The position numbers and the translations under genes are program-made. From assembly GCA_036351155.1 (NCBI GenBank), contig JAZBOO010000060.1, positions 1 to 11,238 of the forward strand: DNA of 11,238 nt, read 5' to 3'. Source of the DNA: Candidatus Krumholzibacteriia bacterium (GTDB lineage Bacteria > Krumholzibacteriota > Krumholzibacteriia > LZORAL124-64-63). Numbering within the stretch: the stretch's first letter is position 1; every line of letters starts with the position of its first letter. The notes under the pieces are model-generated. The model made no database searches, was not told the DNA's origin, and saw only the letters and a list, made by a program, of their open reading frames with translations. Positions 7,929 through 11,238 of this stretch are shown here, in pieces.

Positions 7929-10900
7929 TGAACGCCAAGTGGAAATTCATGGCACCGGCTCTGGCTCTGGGATTGCTGATTCTGGCTGGACTGTCCAGCC
8001 CGGCTCAGGCCCAGTCGGAACTCGGGGGCTCCAAAGACGAGCAGGCCGTCCCCACCGAAACCGGATTGTGGGAGGCCGCGGGCCGGGCCTATGCCGACGG
8101 CAAGGACAAGTCGGCGGCCATGCAGCAATACCGCCTCTTCGTGTCGGAGTACGGGGGCAGTCAGAATGCCGCCAACGCCCAGTACATGGTGGCCGAGTGC
8201 TACTTCGTGGCGGGCGACTACCTGGGCGCCTTGCGTGAATATGACAAGGTGAAGGGCAAGAAGGGCCTGGACGATTACCTGAAGGCCAGCGTGCTGCTGC
8301 GCCAGGGTGAGTGTCACTACAACCTGGGCAACTACGATGAGGCGGTGGAGCGCTATGACCGCCTGATCAGCAAGTACGACGACACCTTCATGCTGGCCGA
8401 GGGCCTGTACGAGATCGGCCTGGCCTACATCGTCAAGGGCAACTGGCTGAAGCTGAACTCGGCCTACCGGGAGCTGCTGGAACGCCGCCCTGGGTACGCG
8501 GAAAAGCCCCAGGTCAAGTTTGCCCTGGGTCTGTTTGCCTACCAGGATCAGAACTACGAAGAGGCCATCAGCTACTTCGAGCAGGTGCCCAGCGATCGTG
8601 GATTGTACTATCTGGGACGCTGCCTGGAAGACACTGGCCAGTACATCATGGCCATCCAGCGGTACCGTCAGGTGCTGCGGAAATTTCCCGACAGCCCTCT
8701 GGCCGACGATGTGGCCTTCTCCGTGGCCGAAGCCTTCTACCGTTCGGGTCAGAACGCGGTGGCCGTGCGCAGTTACCGGGACTTCATCGAGAAGTATCCC
8801 GACAGCCGGTTCGTGGCCAACGCGCGCTACAAGATGGCCTGCGTGACCTTCAACGAGGGCCGCTTCGACGAGTCGCTGCGCCAGCTCGAGGCCATCGTCG
8901 AGGCCTTCCCCGACGAGATGATCAGCGGGTACGCGCAGTACCTGATCGGCGATTGTTTCATGAGCCTGGACCGCCGGGCCGAGGCCATCTTTGCCTGGAC
9001 CGACGCCGTGCGCCGCTTCGAGGGCAGCCGGGTGGCCAGCGCCGCCATGCACAAGATCATCTACACCTACAGCCTGGAAGAGAACCACGGGCAGGCCATC
9101 GTCCTGGCCGAGGAATTCCTCAAGACCTATCCCGGTGACAGCCTGGCCCCGCGGGTCCGGGTTCTCAAGGGATACAGCCACTTCCAGCTCGAAGAGTACA
9201 AGGAAGCCATCATGGCTTTCCAGAATGTGGCCGACAAGAACATCAACACCGACGTGGCCGAGCGCGCCCTGTTCCTCTCGGCGCTGGCCTACACTCGCCT
9301 GGGTCAGCAGGACCGTCTGGTCACCAACTACAACTACATTGCCAGCAAGCTGCTGCCCACGCCCAGCCACTGGCGAGCCCGCACCTACTACTATCTGGGT
9401 GAAGCCTATTTCCAGCAGGAGCTGTACAAGCAGTCCGAGGGCATGTACCGCCTGGTGCTGACCGGATATCCTCACAGCGATGTGGCGGCGCCTTCATTGC
9501 AGGGCCTGGTGGCCAGCCTGAGCCGTAGTGGCGAAGATGAGCTGGCGTTGCAGGAACAGGAGAAGTTCCTCCTGGCTCTGGCCAACGCCGACAGTGACAA
9601 GGGCACCAACAGCCTGGCCGTGGGCAGCATCTACTTCAACCAGCGCAAGTACGAGGATGCCCTCAAGCAGTTCGAGGACTTCCTGGCCAAGAACCCGGAA
9701 GACCCCGCGGCGGCGGCGGCCCTGGCCAACCAGGGCGATTGCTACTATCGCCTGCAGTACTACGATCAGGCCATCGGCAGCTGGCGCACCCTGCTGACCC
9801 GCTTCCCCGAGGCGCCCGAGGCCCAGGAAGCCCTGTATCGCATCGCCGACACGCAGTTCGGTCTGGGCCGTTTCGAGGATGCGGCCGCGACCTACAGTCG
9901 CCTGCAGACCCAGTTTCCCGACGGTCCCCACGTGGCCGACGCCGGGTTCGGTCTGGCCAACTGTGCCTATAACACGGGCAAGGACGATCTGGCCATCGAG
10001 GCCTTTGGGGCCTTCATCCTGGCCAACCCCAAGGACGTCCGGGTGGAGGACGCCGAGCTGGGTATCCAGTCGTGTTACTACCGCAGCGGCAAGGATATGG
10101 AAGAGTACCTGCAGACCAACCCGGACAGCCCCATGGCGGCGGACATCTACTGGAACAAGGGGCAAGACGCATTTGCCGCCAACGATTTCCAGACGGCCGC
10201 CAAGGCCTTCGAACGCGTGACGCTGGATTATCCCGACAGCGAGTCGGGCCCCGGGGCCCTGTTCTACCTGGCCGAAAGCTACTACCGGGCCGAGAGCATG
10301 GAGCCCGCCCTGGCCGGCTACCGCAACTTCACCACCACCCATCCTCAGCATGACCTGGCCGAGCTGGCCATGCTGCGGACGGCCACGGTGCTGTTCAAGC
10401 AGGAAGACTACATGGCCGCGGCCATGGGTTACGAAAACCTGACGGACAACTTCCCCGAAGGCGAGTACGCGCCTCTGGCCGCCTACAACGCGGCAGTGTG
10501 TTACCAGGAGATCGAGGACTGGCATGCGGCCATCAGCGGCTATGCCCGGTTCATCGTCGACTATCCCACCCACGACAACGCCAAGGGCCTGTGGCTGCAG
10601 GTGGCCGGGCTGTACCAGGACGAGCTGGGCGACTACCGCCAGGCGGTGGAAGCCTACGGTCATGCCCTGGAAACCGGCGACGCCCCGGTGGCGGAAATCC
10701 GCTATCGTCAGGGTGAGTGCCAGGAAAAGGACGGCAAGATCGAGGACGCCCTGGGCAGCTACGGTCTGGCCGCCTCGGACGGAGAGAGAACCGACCCGTT
10801 CCGCATCGCCAGCCTGGCGCGTCTGGCCGAGGTGGCCGAGGAACGCGGCGACTGGAGCAACGCGGTGAGCTACTGGCAGGCCATCGCCGACGCGGGCGGC

Positions 10901-10969
10901 AAGCCCGAGTGGACCGAGATGGCCAACGGTCGTCTGGCCGAGATCAGGGCGGCGGGTTACGCCGGCTGA
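7925..10969 (+). CDS. Large exported tetratricopeptide-repeat protein (BamD/YfiO/CpoB-type TPRs), 1014 aa
   Basis: ATGA overlap with the upstream stop and GGGGGA 8 nt upstream. Sec/SPI signal peptide ends AQA|Q. More than 20 TPR-like units with (Y/F)PxSxxAxxAx(Y/F)xx(G/A)xx(Y/F) junctions (FPDSPLADDVAF, YPDSRFVANARY, FPEAPEAQEALY, YPDSESGPGALF). No other domain is recognisable. Confidence 0.93.
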   Translation: MMNAKWKFMAPALALGLLILAGLSSPAQAQSELGGSKDEQAVPTETGLWEAAGRAYADGKDKSAAMQQYRLFVSEYGGSQNAANAQYMVAECYFVAGDYLGALREYDKVKGKKGLDDYLKASVLLRQGECHYNLGNYDEAVERYDRLISKYDDTFMLAEGLYEIGLAYIVKGNWLKLNSAYRELLERRPGYAEKPQVKFALGLFAYQDQNYEEAISYFEQVPSDRGLYYLGRCLEDTGQYIMAIQRYRQVLRKFPDSPLADDVAFSVAEAFYRSGQNAVAVRSYRDFIEKYPDSRFVANARYKMACVTFNEGRFDESLRQLEAIVEAFPDEMISGYAQYLIGDCFMSLDRRAEAIFAWTDAVRRFEGSRVASAAMHKIIYTYSLEENHGQAIVLAEEFLKTYPGDSLAPRVRVLKGYSHFQLEEYKEAIMAFQNVADKNINTDVAERALFLSALAYTRLGQQDRLVTNYNYIASKLLPTPSHWRARTYYYLGEAYFQQELYKQSEGMYRLVLTGYPHSDVAAPSLQGLVASLSRSGEDELALQEQEKFLLALANADSDKGTNSLAVGSIYFNQRKYEDALKQFEDFLAKNPEDPAAAAALANQGDCYYRLQYYDQAIGSWRTLLTRFPEAPEAQEALYRIADTQFGLGRFEDAAATYSRLQTQFPDGPHVADAGFGLANCAYNTGKDDLAIEAFGAFILANPKDVRVEDAELGIQSCYYRSGKDMEEYLQTNPDSPMAADIYWNKGQDAFAANDFQTAAKAFERVTLDYPDSESGPGALFYLAESYYRAESMEPALAGYRNFTTTHPQHDLAELAMLRTATVLFKQEDYMAAAMGYENLTDNFPEGEYAPLAAYNAAVCYQEIEDWHAAISGYARFIVDYPTHDNAKGLWLQVAGLYQDELGDYRQAVEAYGHALETGDAPVAEIRYRQGECQEKDGKIEDALGSYGLAASDGERTDPFRIASLARLAEVAEERGDWSNAVSYWQAIADAGGKPEWTEMANGRLAEIRAAGYAG

Positions 10970-11004
10970 TCGGGTCCCGTAAAATTCTTTTCGCGATTCA
11001 TCAA

Positions 11005-11032
11005 GAGGCCCCGGGGTTATTCCCGGGGCCTC
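11005..11032 (+). terminator. GC-rich hairpin, probable intrinsic terminator or transcript-stabilising stem-loop
   Basis: Perfect 11-bp inverted repeat GAGGCCCCGGG (11005-11015) / CCCGGGGCCTC (11022-11032), with an extra G-U pair and a TTAT loop, 35 nt after the TPR gene stop. The U-tail (AATTTCAT) is weak. Confidence 0.7.
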
Positions 11033-11121
11033 AATTTCATCGAGAATGGCCTCATGACCGAGATGGCCAGGGGGAAAAGTCAGAAACAATGTTCGGGCTC
11101 AAAAAAACTCTCAAGGAATCC

Positions 11122-11148
11122 TAAAGCATTCTTTAGACGTGCCGATCA
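11122..11148 (+). promoter_or_regulatory. Putative sigma-28 (FliA/SigD/WhiG-type) promoter
   Basis: TAAA (11122-11125), exactly 15 nt, then GCCGATCA (11141-11148). The consensus is TAAA-N15-GCCGATAA, so there is one mismatch. It lies in an intergenic region downstream of the terminator hairpin. Confidence 0.6.
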
Positions 11149-11213
11149 GGCTTTGAGAAGAAAAATTTCTCCAATCATTCGTGTGTCGAATGCAATCCTC
11201 CAGGGGTTAAACA

Positions 11214-11238
11214 ATGGGAATCAGCCGAAAAATCATCA
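11214..11238 (+). CDS. Possible start of the next gene (MGISRKII...), 3'-truncated, product unknown
   Basis: AGGGGT (11202-11207) lies 6 nt before ATG 11214, the frame is open to the window end, and the basic N-terminus runs into hydrophobic residues. Only 8 codons are visible. Confidence 0.35.

Noticed and set aside
7925..10969. Calling the TPR protein BamD, CpoB, SprE or PorE, or treating its ten Cys as a metal-binding motif
   Set aside because: It is far longer than BamD/CpoB and has no lipobox or OmpA domain. The cysteines are single and fall at the usual (G/A)xC(Y) TPR helix position, with no CxxC pairs.
6621..11089. Long minus-strand ORFs 6621-7811, 7820-9475 and 9494-11089
   Set aside because: They lie codon-for-codon opposite well-supported + strand genes and are typical high-GC shadow ORFs.
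11089..11124. Mini-ORF MFGLKKTLKES as a leader peptide
   Set aside because: The purine-rich tract is too far upstream for a good RBS, there is no attenuator-type codon run, and such short ORFs arise by chance.
11208..11231. Second sigma-28-like match TAAA...GCCGAAAA
   Set aside because: The spacer is 12 nt rather than 15, and it overlaps the probable start codon.

Overview
GC-rich bacterial window holding three tightly packed + strand genes. (1) The 3' part (>2200 aa, start lies upstream of the window) of a giant acidic, beta-rich protein built from three recurring Ig-like module types, a Big_1-like domain and a C-terminal FlgD-Ig/T9SS-sorting-like domain. (2) A PorV/PorQ (UPF0164)-family outer-membrane beta-barrel carrying its own C-terminal FlgD-Ig-like domain. 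(3) A 1014-aa all-TPR exported protein with BamD/CpoB-type repeats. The operon ends in a GC-rich hairpin. An AT-rich spacer follows, with a near-consensus sigma-28 promoter and a probable next gene start at 11214. The layout (CTD cargo, barrel partner, TPR protein) resembles a dedicated type IX secretion-like cargo/shuttle cassette. The host may be a non-Bacteroidota lineage such as an FCB-group candidate phylum, which is inference only. All domain calls come from motif recognition by eye, not database searches.
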